From contig OZ250169.1 of assembly GCA_965237955.1 (NCBI GenBank), positions 5,184,001-5,248,000 on the forward strand: a DNA stretch of 64,000 nt, in the 5' to 3' direction. The translations under genes were made by a program, and so were the position numbers. Under the pieces are notes generated by a model. That model did no database searches. It saw nothing but the letters and a program-made list of their open reading frames with translations, and had not been told where the DNA came from. Source of the stretch: Candidatus Marinacidobacterales bacterium. GTDB taxonomy: Bacteria; Acidobacteriota; Vicinamibacteria; Marinacidobacterales; SMYC01. Shown piece by piece: positions 41,329 through 54,392 of this stretch; position 1 is the stretch's first letter, and each line of letters starts with the position of its first letter.

Positions 41329-43677
41329 CTAATGTTCTTGGCCCAAGACTTGGAACCAGCGGGATAGTCTATTCCCGGTCTCGTCGACGACGGTGACGAC
41401 GTGTCTTCCCGGGGTCATGTCGAGGCCTTGCTGGTGGAACGTCTTGGTGCTGCCGAGATAGACGTCGTCGATGTGCCAGAACAACGTTGCGTCGGGGCGG
41501 CGGTGTACGGCTTCGAAGACGGTCTCGCCTCGTTTGCGAGCGAGGTCCGTCGGGATGTAGAGCTTCGTTCCGGCATTCGGATAGAGAAAAGCGATAGGAC
41601 CGCTCGCGCCTTCGATACCGGCGGCGAGGCGACAGTCTTCTCGGAACTTCGGGAGCGGCTGGTACTCCGCGTGGCGTTTTCGGTAGTAGAACTCGAGTCG
41701 CGCCGGCAGCACGAACCATGATCGATGGCTCATGCGTCCCGGTGCCTCGCACGCGCCATTCACGCGCGCTCGACCCGCTTCGTCGAGATGCACGCGGCGG
41801 TTGAACGCGCTGACTTTCTCGAAGTGACTGTTTTTCGGCACCCAGCGAAGCTCGCTCTCGCAGCCGCCGCCCGCGAGGTAACCGTCGTTCTTGCAGACCT
41901 CGACTTGCTTCATATGAAGGTAGGGTGTCCGGAACCATGGCTCCGGATCTAGATGGTTAATCAAATCGAAGAGGATCGGTGCGGCTGTTGCCGAGCCGGT
42001 CAATCCGGGCCGTCCTTCGCCGCTGGCGTTACCGACCCAAACCGCCACGGTACGACTCGGCGTGGTGCCAATGGCCCAGCCGTCTCTTAGTCCGTAGCTC
42101 GTCCCCGTCTTCCAGCCGACGATCCTCGAGCTTCGAAAGTGACGCCAGAATCTGCCGTCACCAGGCCGTTTGACCTCGACGAGCGCGTCGAGCGCTAGCC
42201 AGGCGGCACCGGGGCTGAGCTCGGCCATCCGTTCAGTTTCCGTGGTGTCGTCGGCAAGGATCTTCAGAGCCTGATACGGCCGTCGAGTCCCCGGACCCGT
42301 CTGGCGCGCAATGTCGGCGAGGTTCGAGTAGATGCCGGCCATGTCCCAAAGCGTCGTCTCGGCGCCGCCTAAGATCAGCGTGAGCCCATACTCGTTCGGA
42401 GTTCGGTTCAACGTCGTCATGCCGAAGTGCTTCATGAAGTCGTAGAAGCGGTCGATCCCGTGCAGGTGTAGCATGCGCACAGCGGGAACGTTGAGCGAGC
42501 GTGCGAGCGCGACGTTGGCGGGAACGACACCTCGATAGGCGTGATCGTAGTTCTCCGGCATGTAGCCGGCGTACTGCGTCGGGACGTCGGGCACGAGCGT
42601 CGTCGGTAAAACGTCGCCGGACTTGAGCATGGCAGCGAAAAGAAATGGTTTGAGAATACTTCCGGTGCTCCTCGGTCGCCGCACGATGTCGACGGCGTAG
42701 CCGCGCTCGTTGTCGACCGACCACTCGGCGTTACCGACGTAGGCGAGCACTGCGAAATCGACGTTGTTCACGATGAGAGCGGCGGCGTTGTGGATCCCCT
42801 GGAGCTTGAGTCGCTCGACATGCTCGCGCACGATGGCGCTGGCTGCTTTCTGTAACTCCGCGTCAATGGTCGTCTCGTATCGAGGACCGCCCGCATCGTC
42901 ACCGGCCGCACGCAAAGTCTCGAGCAAGTGCGGCGCGGAGCGGGGAAGCGGGTGCGGCTTGTCGGGAAGCGGCTCCTTCAGCGCGAGCTCGAGATCGAGA
43001 TCGGAGAACGCACCGTTTGCGAGGAGCTTGCGCAGCAAATCGTCGCGTTTCGTTTTGAGCTCGTCGCGCCGTCGTCCCGGATGGATCAACGCGGGAGCGT
43101 TGGGCAGCACCGCGAGCATCGAAGACTCCGCCCACGACAAGCGTTCGGGCGGGCGCCCGAAGTAACGCCACGATGCGGCCTCGAGCCCCACGACGTTGCC
43201 GCCGAAGGGCGCATGACTCGCGTAAAGCGCCAGGATTTCATCTTTGTCAGAACGGAGCTCGAGACGAATTGCGAGAAGAATCTCGATGAGCTTCTGTACA
43301 TACGTGCGCTCGGGATTCTTGCGCGCGAGACGTATCACTTGCATCGTCAACGTACTAGCCCCGCTTACGACTTCGCCGTTGACGACGTTGAGGTACAACG
43401 CACGGCCGAGCGCCCACGGGTCGACGCCGTGGTGCTCGCGGAACCGCTTGTCCTCGAACGCCATGATCGCCGTTTCGAACTTCTGCGGCACGCGTTCTAG
43501 CGGTGGAAACCGCCACTGTTCGTCATTCGCGATGCGGCCACCCAGTAGCGTTCCGTCCCGCGCCAGGAGCACCGACGCCACCGGGACGTCGAAGAGGGGG
43601 TCGGGCAACGAGTGCCGGAAGCCTAGCTCCACTGCGAGTGCGGAAGCCGCGAGTGCTGCGAGACGACGCCGGTTCAT
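41329..43677 (-). CDS. pbpC: Penicillin-binding protein 1C
   Basis: EDKRF..HHGVD, GASTLTMQ, RSTGSILKPF, SLNVP, WKTGTSYG; downstream of alpha-2-macroglobulin. Confidence 0.93.
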   Translation of the reverse strand: MNRRRLAALAASALAVELGFRHSLPDPLFDVPVASVLLARDGTLLGGRIANDEQWRFPPLERVPQKFETAIMAFEDKRFREHHGVDPWALGRALYLNVVNGEVVSGASTLTMQVIRLARKNPERTYVQKLIEILLAIRLELRSDKDEILALYASHAPFGGNVVGLEAASWRYFGRPPERLSWAESSMLAVLPNAPALIHPGRRRDELKTKRDDLLRKLLANGAFSDLDLELALKEPLPDKPHPLPRSAPHLLETLRAAGDDAGGPRYETTIDAELQKAASAIVREHVERLKLQGIHNAAALIVNNVDFAVLAYVGNAEWSVDNERGYAVDIVRRPRSTGSILKPFLFAAMLKSGDVLPTTLVPDVPTQYAGYMPENYDHAYRGVVPANVALARSLNVPAVRMLHLHGIDRFYDFMKHFGMTTLNRTPNEYGLTLILGGAETTLWDMAGIYSNLADIARQTGPGTRRPYQALKILADDTTETERMAELSPGAAWLALDALVEVKRPGDGRFWRHFRSSRIVGWKTGTSYGLRDGWAIGTTPSRTVAVWVGNASGEGRPGLTGSATAAPILFDLINHLDPEPWFRTPYLHMKQVEVCKNDGYLAGGGCESELRWVPKNSHFEKVSAFNRRVHLDEAGRARVNGACEAPGRMSHRSWFVLPARLEFYYRKRHAEYQPLPKFREDCRLAAGIEGASGPIAFLYPNAGTKLYIPTDLARKRGETVFEAVHRRPDATLFWHIDDVYLGSTKTFHQQGLDMTPGRHVVTVVDETGNRLSRWFQVLGQEH

Positions 43678-46600
43678 TGCTGGCTGTCCACTTCCACCCA
43701 ATGACCGGCGGTGCGACCGTTCTTGCTCGCGTCGTACATCGCTTCGACCGAGACGGTGGGCAGGTAGTAGCGGCCGGTGTAGGCCGCGTTGAGAAGTGTG
43801 GAGAAATGTTTCGTCTCCTGAGATTTGAGCGTGAAATAGCGGTAGACGCGATCGTCGCGGATGTCCTCGTATTCGAGCTCCGACGTGGTCTCGACTTCAC
43901 CTTCTTCGGTGTCGAGGCGCGTGTTCAGAATCTCCCAACCGGAAGGGAGAATCTGGCTGAGAGCGAGATCGGCGAGCGCCGCATCGCCCTCGTTGGTCAC
44001 GCTCATCTCGGCGACGAAGTCTTCGCCTTGCCGCAGGCGCCGGACATCAATGGAGTTACCATCGAGATCGCGGTAGCGCACCGAAACGCGCAGACCCTCC
44101 GCAGAAGCTTGCTCGATTCCCGGCTCGGGCGTTCCGACCAAAGTAATGTTGGCGTACAAAATGCGCCCCGATGCGTTCCGCAACGTGAACGGCGAGCCGC
44201 TATCCGGAACCGTGAGCGGGTAGCTCTCGACCGGCGCACTCATCGTGACGCGCTCCAACGACCTTCGACCCTCCGCGTACTCGAAAACTGGATTACCGAT
44301 ATCGGCCCCCTCGGCAAAGCTCGCGAGGGACATCAGTGCGTACGCGACCGATTGGGTGCCAGTCGATGTAGAAGACTTTGCCGCTGCAGTGGCCACCGGA
44401 CGTATCGCACGCGCGGAGCAAGTAGCGACCCCACGCGGGGTATTGGATTTGAAAATTCCACGTCCCTTTACCGTCTACCGTCGACACCGCGTCTTGGGTG
44501 ACGATACCCGTGTGGGACGCGGTCGAGTATTGAGCCAGCGATTCGCCCGATTTGTCCCACCACCACCGCCAGTCGATCTTGTAGAGCGCAACTTGAATCT
44601 TGTCGACTGATACCGGCTCTCCGGAGGCGTCCAGCGTGGCGAGCTCGACCGTATGGTCGACATCGGTCAGCAACATGTTGCGCCGGCTGTCTCCCTTGGG
44701 GAGCCTCACGCCCACGTAGTGGTTATAGGGCGAGAAGGGAAGGCTCGTCCGGCTCGTGCTGAACGCGCCGCCTTTTTCGAAAACGCGCGACGTAAAGCTG
44801 CACGTCGGCGTCGAGTCCCGCTGCGGTCGCCCCGGTCAACCACTGACCGAGAAGCTCGCCTTGTAACGGCACGTCCGAGCGATCGAGCCGGTCCTCACCG
44901 AAATCGAGCTCCACTTTGAGCCGGTTGGGCATGACCGTCTCGACCCGGAGTGTCTTCGAGAACGTCGTGCCGCCAATCTTCGCTTTCGCACTCCACAAGC
45001 CGGTCGGTGCGTCATCCGGGGTCTTCAGCGCGAATTTGTAGAAGCGTCCCACCGGCGATGTGTTCGTCTGCCTTTCGACGAGCTGACCTCTCGGGCTGAC
45101 GAGATCCAGCGTGACCGGGTGCTCGCGAGGGATGAGATTCTCTTCGTCTTCGAGGACGAACGTCAGAAAAATGTCGTCCCCGGGACGCCACACCCCGCGC
45201 TCGCCATAGATGAAGCCTTTGAAACCGCGGGTGACGTTTTCGCCGCCGACATCGAAGTGGCTGACGGGGAGCGCCGTGCCTTTCGAGAGTTTGAGATAAC
45301 CTTTTCCGCCTCTTTTTTCGGCGAGGAGGTAGAAAGGCGTCTCGCGGGTGTCGAGCTCGGCGAAGCCGTTGGCGTTGCTCCGGGCCCTCCCGATCTCCTG
45401 GTCCTGGAAGTTCATCACGGTGAGGTTCACGCCGCTCATCGGCTCCGACGTTCGCAGATCGGTGGCGACGATGAAGAGCTTGCCCGCGGGTTGGCGTTTG
45501 ACGAGAAGGCCGATATTCGAAGCGAGAAAGTTACGGTCGGCTTTCGCGCCCGGGGTGTATCGGTAGTACGCGTCCTTGCACGGATCGTGCTTGTCTTGCC
45601 ACGTGCTTCCGTCGTTGACCTGCCCGTAGTACTCCTCGTAGTAACCCCAATTGCTGTGCTCCTGGACGTAGAGGTCTTCGTGGTTGGCCGGGGTGATGTC
45701 GGGCGCGTTGGGTGCCGCGGCTCCTGGACATGCGGTGGTCGCGTCCGCTCGTGTGATCGATAGGCTGATACGAAAGAGTCCGCCCGGATGTTTGTCGAAC
45801 AGGTAGGTCGCATCGAGGGTGTATCGATTCCACTTGCCCGGCTCCGGAGGCGACAGTTGGATGGTCCGTCGCCACAGATAGCGACCGACCCGCTGCCGGG
45901 AACCATCGAGCTTGTTGTTTTGGAGGAATTGGCTGATGTTGTTGTCGAAAATCTTGAACGCGGTGACGCGAACCGCGTTGACACCGACCGCCTCGAACGG
46001 AATGGTCAAGACTGGATTCTCAGGAAGGATCACGCCTTTACCGGCAAAACGCACCTGCGGCTTCTGAGTTTGAAAGACGACGGCGCGCTCGAATCGCGCC
46101 ATCAGTCGGGAGCCGTTGTCGTTCTTGATGCCGGTCTCGAGGGCGAGATTGATGGTTCCTTCGAAGTTGGCTTCGGGATAGATCTTCAGGAGGTTGCCCT
46201 CGATCCGCGTTCGCGGCGTCGTGTCTCCCAGGCGCACAAGGCCGTTCAGGTTTTGCCGCGCGTCGAGCGTGTCCTAAAAGTAAACCTGTAGGTAAGGTTG
46301 TGACTCCCGCACCGATTGAACCCGCGTGACTTCGAAGACACCCATCGCCGGAATCTCGATGGTGCGCTCACCGCTTTCGTCGAGACCGAGAACGCTTGCA
46401 TCCCATCGGACGTTGAGCGTTGCCGGTTCTTCCTGGCGCACGAGCTCTCTGACTTCGAACTGGTGAGCCTTGCCGTCGCCGGAATGCCGCCACCGCACCG
46501 GAGGCACGGCGTCCAGGAACTCCGCGGAGAGCATCGACTCGATCACGTCGGCATCCTCGACGTCGGCGGTGCGCAAAACGCCGCCGAGCACCATGCCGTC

Positions 46601-47080
46601 TCCTCCCGCGATATCGGCGGTCAAGCCGTGGATCTCGACCTCGAACTGCTGCGCGATGACCTGAAAGTCGAACTGGTACTGGCGCAGCGTCTCCGGAATA
46701 CCGGCGAGTCGGCGACGTCTGAGGGTCACGCGATAGCGCTGCCCGCTCGCAAGGTCGTCATCGGGAACGAGAACGATGTCTCTGCGGCTTCCGAACGTCA
46801 GGCTGCCCTGAATCGCCGGCTCGATCGAAATGGCCGCGGAGGCGTCCTCGCCGACGCGGTCGTCGACCACCACGTCATCGGCGAAGCGCACGCGGATCGT
46901 CGTCTTCTTCGAAACAAGACCGCTGGTGTGCGAATCGATGACGTCGGCCCAGAGCGGGTCCTGGGTGGTTGGATCGACCGGTTCAGGTTGTTCCGGCTGG
47001 CTGGGACCGCAACCGCTCACGTAGACGAGCAGTGCGAGTAGTCCGATGAGTAGATTGAAGACTCGAAGACTCGAATGCAT
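43674..47080 (-). pseudogene. Bacterial alpha-2-macroglobulin lipoprotein with frameshifts and large internal deletions
   Basis: Lipobox VSGC; GERGVWRPGD; VETVMPNRLKV; LPSGWEI, DIRDDR, VEAMYD; four fragments, thioester-domain region absent. Confidence 0.85.
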
Positions 47081-47197
47081 AGGTACCCCCAATAGGCTGA
47101 CAAGACGTTGAGGCAGCGTTCATACGGAGCGACGGCCCGCGAACGACGCGCCGCGCGGCGTTAACCAGGGATGTCGACGATCTTGTGTATTTAGGTT

Positions 47198-47213
47198 AGC
47201 AAAGATCGCGCCA
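47198..47213 (-). promoter_or_regulatory. Candidate sigma54 promoter for the A2M-pbpC operon
   Basis: Minus strand TGGCGC-GATCT-TTGCT (one mismatch to consensus). Confidence 0.55.
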
Positions 47214-47476
47214 GGTTAGGCTGTCATCGAGATGACCTTGGAGCTTGGCGCGGGTGGCAATGCTGCTCCGAGAGTCATTTCTTTATTGAAAAGCAACCTA
47301 TGCAATAAGAAGTTCATGGCCGGGTAATTCTTACGCGACGTGGACGTTTCTTACTTACTCCAAAGGACTTGTTCCGTTTTCGCCATCGGCTCGCCACGTC
47401 GTCGTCACACTCCCGCCACAATACGGGTTGAATGTTGGCCCAAGACTCGGTAGCATCCGCCGCTACAGGAGGTCTC

Positions 47477-47980
47477 ATGAGAATTTTGTCGGTTCTTTGT
47501 GTGCTGGCGCTTTTGCTGGCACCGAGCTTTTCGCTTGCACATCCGCACTTCAACAAAACCGTTAGCGTGAAACTGCCGAGCGGCGCCGAGGCGACGATCG
47601 CGTACAACACGACGCCCGCCAACGTGGCTCACGCCGAGAGCGCGGCTGTTGGTACGTTCATCACGCCACGACGCCCGGCGCTGGAACTTTCCGCGGCCGC
47701 TTCCTCGGGCGGAACGGAGATCCCCGCCGGCAAGTACACCATCGGCGTCGTCAAAAACGGCGCGGACGACTGGACCATGGCACTCTACAAAGGCGGGCTC
47801 AACCGTGGCGACACCCCCGACATGGCGAACGTGATCAAGCTCGACTCGATGTACTCGTCGAGCATGGGTACTGCCGATCACATGCTCATCGACATCACAC
47901 CCGGCCACGGCAAGTTCGAGGGCAAGGCGGTTTTGACGCTGCACTTCGGCACCATGTTTTGCGCCGGAGCGCTGCCGTAG
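47477..47980 (+). CDS. Secreted DUF2911-like protein
   Basis: AGGAGG RBS, signal peptide ending SLA|HP, GGTEIPAGKYTI...WTMAL. Confidence 0.65.
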   Translation: MRILSVLCVLALLLAPSFSLAHPHFNKTVSVKLPSGAEATIAYNTTPANVAHAESAAVGTFITPRRPALELSAAASSGGTEIPAGKYTIGVVKNGADDWTMALYKGGLNRGDTPDMANVIKLDSMYSSSMGTADHMLIDITPGHGKFEGKAVLTLHFGTMFCAGALP

Positions 47981-47993
47981 GCAGGAAATTCGC

Positions 47994-48031
47994 GAGGTGA
48001 CCTCCTTTCGCGGAGGCCACCTCTATTTTTT
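47994..48031 (+). terminator. Intrinsic terminator between convergent genes
   Basis: GAGGTGACCTCC...GGAGGCCACCTC followed by TATTTTTT. Confidence 0.7.
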
Positions 48032-49543
<1,512 letters not shown>

Positions 49544-49584
49544 TTCATTGCTCCTTAAAGCTTTTTATAGTTGTCGATCAAGTC

Positions 49585-49613
49585 ATGTTACTTCCGCTCC
49601 AGGATGGCGTCAA
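49585..49613 (-). promoter_or_regulatory. sigma70-type promoter for ahcY
   Basis: TTGACG-17 nt-TAACAT upstream of an AAGGAG RBS. Confidence 0.6.
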
Positions 49614-49624
49614 ACCCGTAAGCG

Positions 49625-50629
49625 TCACAAGTCGCGAGGCTTACGTCCGATCTTGCCGAGTAGCTGCGTCGCGCCGAAACCGAGCCCGATGAGAGCCAGC
49701 GACGTCGCTACTTGAGTGCCCGATGGCGAGAAACGCTCGGTGGGCCAGTCTTCGGGGTCGAACATTTCGCGATTCGAGGCCGTCACCTCGGTTCCCTTAA
49801 TAATGTTGCCGGGCTCCGGGGGGGCCGCCTGTTGGAACGGCCACAGCCCGACGACGGCACCCAGGAGAAGGCCGAGAAGAACCCCGAGCGTAGGCTGGCG
49901 ATAGCGCTCGAGTAGCCACCGCAGCAGATTGCTGACGCCAGCGACGCCCCCGACCACGCCGACGCCAACCGGGATACCTACCTTCATCGCGGTCCACGCG
50001 AGAGCGTAGTCCCGGGGTGAGCTTAGAAGTGCGTCCTTGAAGTCACTGACCGCGCTCAGGATGGGAACGTACTGTCCGAGAAGGAGCAGAAGGTAGCCGC
50101 CGCTCACTCCCGGAAGGATCATCGCACTCGCGCCTACCAGCCCTGCAACAAAGAGGAGACCGTACGCGGGCCCTGCTGCACTGCTCGACGCCGGTTGCCC
50201 GAGCGCCATGACTACCATGGCGACGAACCCGCCAGCCGCTCCGACCGCGAGGCCGGTGCTCATCGGCTTGGCGAGCCGCCACACGATTGGCACGCCGCCG
50301 AGCGTCAGCCCGATGAAGAGGCTATACATAATGAAGCGACGCGCGACGACGAGGTCTTTCACCGGACCCGCGAACACGAGTATTGCAATCGCGGCCATGC
50401 CGACGACGCTGGCCAGCAGGGCGAGGGAGCGAGGCTTGAACCGAAACGTCGTCACTTCGGCGATGGCGCCGATGAACTCGGGGTAGACACCGGTGGACAG
50501 CAGCATGGTTCCGCCACTGATGCCGGGTACCAGGTTGGCGAGCCCCATCAAGAGCCCGCCAAACGCCCCGCGAAGAGGGAGAAGAATCGGATTTTCTGTC
50601 GAAGATGGCGTTTCGTTGGCTGTAGACAC
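49625..50629 (-). CDS. DUF368 membrane protein (undecaprenyl-phosphate translocase family)
   Basis: MGLANLVPGISGGT and AMILPGVSGGYLLLLLGQY. Confidence 0.88.
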   Translation of the reverse strand: MSTANETPSSTENPILLPLRGAFGGLLMGLANLVPGISGGTMLLSTGVYPEFIGAIAEVTTFRFKPRSLALLASVVGMAAIAILVFAGPVKDLVVARRFIMYSLFIGLTLGGVPIVWRLAKPMSTGLAVGAAGGFVAMVVMALGQPASSSAAGPAYGLLFVAGLVGASAMILPGVSGGYLLLLLGQYVPILSAVSDFKDALLSSPRDYALAWTAMKVGIPVGVGVVGGVAGVSNLLRWLLERYRQPTLGVLLGLLLGAVVGLWPFQQAAPPEPGNIIKGTEVTASNREMFDPEDWPTERFSPSGTQVATSLALIGLGFGATQLLGKIGRKPRDL

Positions 50630-50670
50630 AATCGCCGAGTATAGCTCAGCCACAGTGTAAAATAGTTCCA

Positions 50671-52746
50671 ATGAGCAACGAACAGAATCCGATACTCCAA
50701 GACGCGTCGTCGCTCCCACGCTTCGACGCGATCCAAACCGAGCACATCGAGCCAGGCGTAACCGCGCTCGTCGAGGAAGTCGAGACGATGCTCGACGAGC
50801 TCGAGGTCGAGGCTAAGCCCACGTGGGAAGGCGTCGTCGATCCAATCGAGCGCATGCACGACCGACTCGGCTTCGGTTGGGGAGTCGTCGAGCACTTGTT
50901 GAGCGTCAAAAACAGCGAGGCGCTCCGGGTCGCGTACGAAAAGGCCGAGCCCAAAGTTGTCAAGCTATCGATGCGCATCGGACAGAGTCCGGCGATCTAC
51001 CGTGCGCTCGTCGAGCTCCGTGATAGTCCCGCAGCCGCAAGCCTCGATGCCGCGCAGCACCGCATCCTAGAGAAACTCATCGAGGCGGCAGATTTGGCCG
51101 GTGTCGGTCTCGAAGGCGAAAAGCAGGAACGATTCCGAGAAATCAAGCTCGAGCTCGCTGAGCTAGCGACGCGGTTCGGGAATCAGCTTCTCGATTCTAC
51201 GAAAGCGTTTGCGCTCGAGCTGACGAAACCCGTAGAGGTCGAGGGGCTTCCCAAGAGCGCTCTCGAAATGTCCGCACAAGCCGCGAAACAAGCGGGGGAA
51301 GAGAGTGCGACCGCAGAGTCGGGGCCGTGGCGGATCAACCTCGACGGGCCGAGCTTCATGGGGTTCATGAAGCACAGCACGCGTCGTGACCTGAGGGAAA
51401 AACTCTACCGTGCCTACGTGGGCCGAGCGAGCGAAGGAGAGTTCGACAACCGACCGCTCATCGATTCGATACTTCGCTTGCGGCGCGAGGAAGCGAACCT
51501 CCTCGGGTTCGACACCTACGCGAAGCTCTCGCTCTCGCGCAAGATGGCGGGCTCGGTGACGCGAGCGGAGAAACTCCTCGAAGAGCTTCGCGCGGCCTCG
51601 TTCGACGCTGCGCGGGACGAGCTCGAAGAGCTGCGCACGCTCATGGGGAAGGATGACATCCAGCACTGGGACACAGCGTTTTGGAGTGAGAGGCTTCGCG
51701 AAGCGCGGTTCGACTACAGCGAAGAGGAGCTACGCCCCTACTTTCCGATGCCACGCGTGCTCGAGGGTCTGTTCGATCTCGCCAAGCAGCTCTTCGACAT
51801 CGAGGTCGTGGCCGCGGATGGTGACGTCGCTGTGTGGCACGACGACGTGCTCTTTTTTCACGTGCGCTCGCAGGACGGGGAGCACCTCGCGTCGTTTTAC
51901 ATGGATCCGTTCAGCCGCCCTTCGGAAAAGCGCGGCGGCGCGTGGATGAACGAAGTCGTCGGGCGCAGCGCGTTGTTCCCGCAGGCCTCCGGTCGCGCGC
52001 GTATTCCGGTTGCGTATCTGATCTGCAACGGCTCGCCACCTGTCGACGGGAAGCCGTCACTCATGACGTTTCGCGAGATCGAAACGCTCTTCCACGAGTT
52101 CGGTCACACGCTCCAGCACATGCTCACCCGCGTGGACTACGGGCTCGCCGCTGGCATCCGCAACGTGGAGTGGGATGCCGTCGAGCTTCCCAGTCAGTTC
52201 ATGGAGAACTGGTGCTACCATCGGGATACTCTGATGGGTCTGTCGCAACACGTCGACACGCAAGAGAAGCTCCCCGACGCGCTCTTCGGAAAAATCGTCG
52301 CGGCGCGGACGTTTCGAGCCGCTAGTCTCATGTTGTCTCAATTGAACTTCAGTGTGCTCGACCTGGAGCTCCACCACCGGTTCGAGCCGGGCGGCTCCGA
52401 GACGCCCGGCGATGTTCAAAGACGGGTTGCGGAAACGACGACGGTGTTGCCGCCCATTGCGGAAGATCACTTCCTGTGCGGCTTCGCACATATTTTTCAA
52501 GGCGACTACGCGGCTGGGTACTACTCCTACAAATGGGCCGAAGTTCTGTCGGCGGACGCGTTCGCGGCGTTCGAAGAGGCGGGGCTCGATCAACCCGCGT
52601 CGCTCGAAGCGACCGGACGCCGGTTTCGCGATACGGTGTTGTCTCTCGGCGGCAGTGCGCCACCGATGGAAGTCTTCAAGCAGTTCCGCGGTCGCGAACC
52701 CTCGACCGAGGCACTCTTGCGCCATTCTGGACTGGTTGCGGCATGA
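50671..52746 (+). CDS. prlC: Oligopeptidase A (M3A)
   Basis: KRGGAWM, LFHEFGH, WDAVELPSQFMENW, YAAGYYSYKWAEVL, FRGREP. Confidence 0.95.
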   Translation: MSNEQNPILQDASSLPRFDAIQTEHIEPGVTALVEEVETMLDELEVEAKPTWEGVVDPIERMHDRLGFGWGVVEHLLSVKNSEALRVAYEKAEPKVVKLSMRIGQSPAIYRALVELRDSPAAASLDAAQHRILEKLIEAADLAGVGLEGEKQERFREIKLELAELATRFGNQLLDSTKAFALELTKPVEVEGLPKSALEMSAQAAKQAGEESATAESGPWRINLDGPSFMGFMKHSTRRDLREKLYRAYVGRASEGEFDNRPLIDSILRLRREEANLLGFDTYAKLSLSRKMAGSVTRAEKLLEELRAASFDAARDELEELRTLMGKDDIQHWDTAFWSERLREARFDYSEEELRPYFPMPRVLEGLFDLAKQLFDIEVVAADGDVAVWHDDVLFFHVRSQDGEHLASFYMDPFSRPSEKRGGAWMNEVVGRSALFPQASGRARIPVAYLICNGSPPVDGKPSLMTFREIETLFHEFGHTLQHMLTRVDYGLAAGIRNVEWDAVELPSQFMENWCYHRDTLMGLSQHVDTQEKLPDALFGKIVAARTFRAASLMLSQLNFSVLDLELHHRFEPGGSETPGDVQRRVAETTTVLPPIAEDHFLCGFAHIFQGDYAAGYYSYKWAEVLSADAFAAFEEAGLDQPASLEATGRRFRDTVLSLGGSAPPMEVFKQFRGREPSTEALLRHSGLVAA

Positions 52747-53135
52747 GCATGCGCTGCTTCTGGATTTTGCTAGTTGGCGTCTTCGTCGCGTGCTCCGATT
52801 CCACCGAGGAAAGCGAATCCGATTCTGTCGCTCCCGCGACGCCAGAGCTTCGGAGATCGACTTTCGAAATGTCGGCGCGCGTTCTCGGACCCGTACAAAA
52901 CGACGATGACGCCGATTTGCACATCGCGTTGCGGGAAACGAACGGCGTCGCCGCGCATCTGAACTCTCTGGTACTGCGGTGGACGAACGGAGTCGAGCGG
53001 CAGTGGGGTGCCGGGAATATCGCCGCCGATCGCGGATCGAACCGGATCGAAGGCAACACCGAGCTCGTGGATGCCACCGGATTCCAGCACCACGTGGTCG
53101 CCGCCCCGTTCCACCTCGACTGGTCCGGCGTGTGA
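52743..53135 (+). CDS. Hypothetical lipoprotein
   Basis: ATG overlaps prlC stop; lipobox FVAC. Confidence 0.55.
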   Translation: MSMRCFWILLVGVFVACSDSTEESESDSVAPATPELRRSTFEMSARVLGPVQNDDDADLHIALRETNGVAAHLNSLVLRWTNGVERQWGAGNIAADRGSNRIEGNTELVDATGFQHHVVAAPFHLDWSGV

Positions 53136-53148
53136 CGTGTGAGCCCCG

Positions 53149-54132
53149 ATGGGTGAAGACCTCGTCCGTCGCGCCATCGAGCACCGGCGAGACCTTCTTG
53201 AACAACTGAGCGGCGAGGGCACGGATTGCTACCGCCTCTTCCACGGGGTCGCGGAGGGGCGGCCGGGCCTGACCATCGATCGCTACGGTCCAATCCTGTT
53301 ACTTCAAACCTGGCGTGAGCCTCTCACGCCGGCAGAGATCGACGACTACCACCGAGTCGTCGAGGATGCGTGTGGTTGGTCCCTGACACCGGCATGGAAC
53401 CACCGCGCCGACAAGTCGAGCGACGTGATCGCGGAGGCCGAAGCGCCGGTCGGCCGTGAGCTCGGAGTTCGCTACGACGTCAGCCCGCGCCACCGAGGTC
53501 AAGACCCATTACTTTTTCTCGACCTGCGCGCCGGCCGTCGTCTCATCCTCGAGCGCGTTCGAGGCAAGAGCGTCCTCAATCTCTTCGCGTACACGGGTGG
53601 CGTCAGCCTGTGCGCGGCGATGGGCGGTGCGTCAGAAATCTGGAACGTCGACTTCGCCCGCTCAGCGAGCGATTGGGTGCGGCGGAACCTCCTGCTCAAC
53701 GCGATAGCCGAAGACCGTGTCCGTCTCATCCAAGACGATGTGATCCCTGTCATCCGACAACTCGCCGGCCTTCCGATGAAAGGACGCGGTGCTCGACGGC
53801 GGGACTACGAACGGTTCGAACCGCGTCAGTTCGACGTGGTCGTGCTCGACCCGCCGCGCTGGGCCAAAGGGGGATTCGGCGCCATCGACATCGTGCGCGA
53901 CTACCCGAGCCTGCTAAAACCGGCCCTTCTCGCAACCGCGCCCGGCGGGGCCCTTCTCGCGACCAACAACACCGCTCGCGTCGATCGCGGCGAGTGGCTC
54001 CGAGTGTTGCAGCGCACGGCCGAGAAATGTGGGCGAGCGCTCTCGAGCGTCGAGGTGGTCGAGCCCGAGGCGGACTTTCCCGCGATCGATGATGCGTCCC
54101 CCTTGAAGATGGCGTGGCTTCGGATCAATTGA
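53149..54132 (+). CDS. RlmI/RlmK-like SAM-dependent methyltransferase
   Basis: YRLFHG..EG.PGLTIDRYG, LFLDLR, VLNLFAYTGG, VVLDPP. Confidence 0.88.
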   Translation: MGEDLVRRAIEHRRDLLEQLSGEGTDCYRLFHGVAEGRPGLTIDRYGPILLLQTWREPLTPAEIDDYHRVVEDACGWSLTPAWNHRADKSSDVIAEAEAPVGRELGVRYDVSPRHRGQDPLLFLDLRAGRRLILERVRGKSVLNLFAYTGGVSLCAAMGGASEIWNVDFARSASDWVRRNLLLNAIAEDRVRLIQDDVIPVIRQLAGLPMKGRGARRRDYERFEPRQFDVVVLDPPRWAKGGFGAIDIVRDYPSLLKPALLATAPGGALLATNNTARVDRGEWLRVLQRTAEKCGRALSSVEVVEPEADFPAIDDASPLKMAWLRIN

Positions 54133-54162
54133 CGCCTTCGGGGTACGTATCACGCAAGCATT

Positions 54163-54262
54163 CGCCGGCAGTACAAGCACGACATCAGGCCCGGTGCCGG
54201 TTTTGTGGAGCGACGCCGTGAGTAAGAAATACCCGAACGCCAGGGAACGGGGCTCGTGGCAG
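54163..54262 (+). pseudogene. intI: Integron integrase remnant (IntI-specific insert region)
   Basis: RRQYKHDIRPGAGFVE / DAVSKKYPNARERGSWQ across a frame break resembles the IntI motif DL..G.G.V.LP.AL..KYP.A..EW.WQ. Confidence 0.7.
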
Positions 54263-54379
54263 TAACCAGAGATCTATTCAAATCTGTTCAACAAGGCGAT
54301 TTGGCGGGTTCACTCGTGGCAGCGCGAAAAATCCCAAATCGAGGGACTGGTCGAAAAACTCGCCTTATATTACGTGGAA

Positions 54380-54392
54380 CCTAAAACCAGTT
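54380..54392 (+). other. attI-like site
   Basis: CCTAAAACCAGTT resembles the attI1 simple site CCTAAAACAAAGTT; lies between the intI remnant and the attC array. Confidence 0.45.

Noticed and set aside
49544-49625. SAH riboswitch upstream of ahcY
   Set aside because: The gap is ~80 bp and filled by promoter and RBS; no GAGGAGCG...CAGGCTC-like core seen
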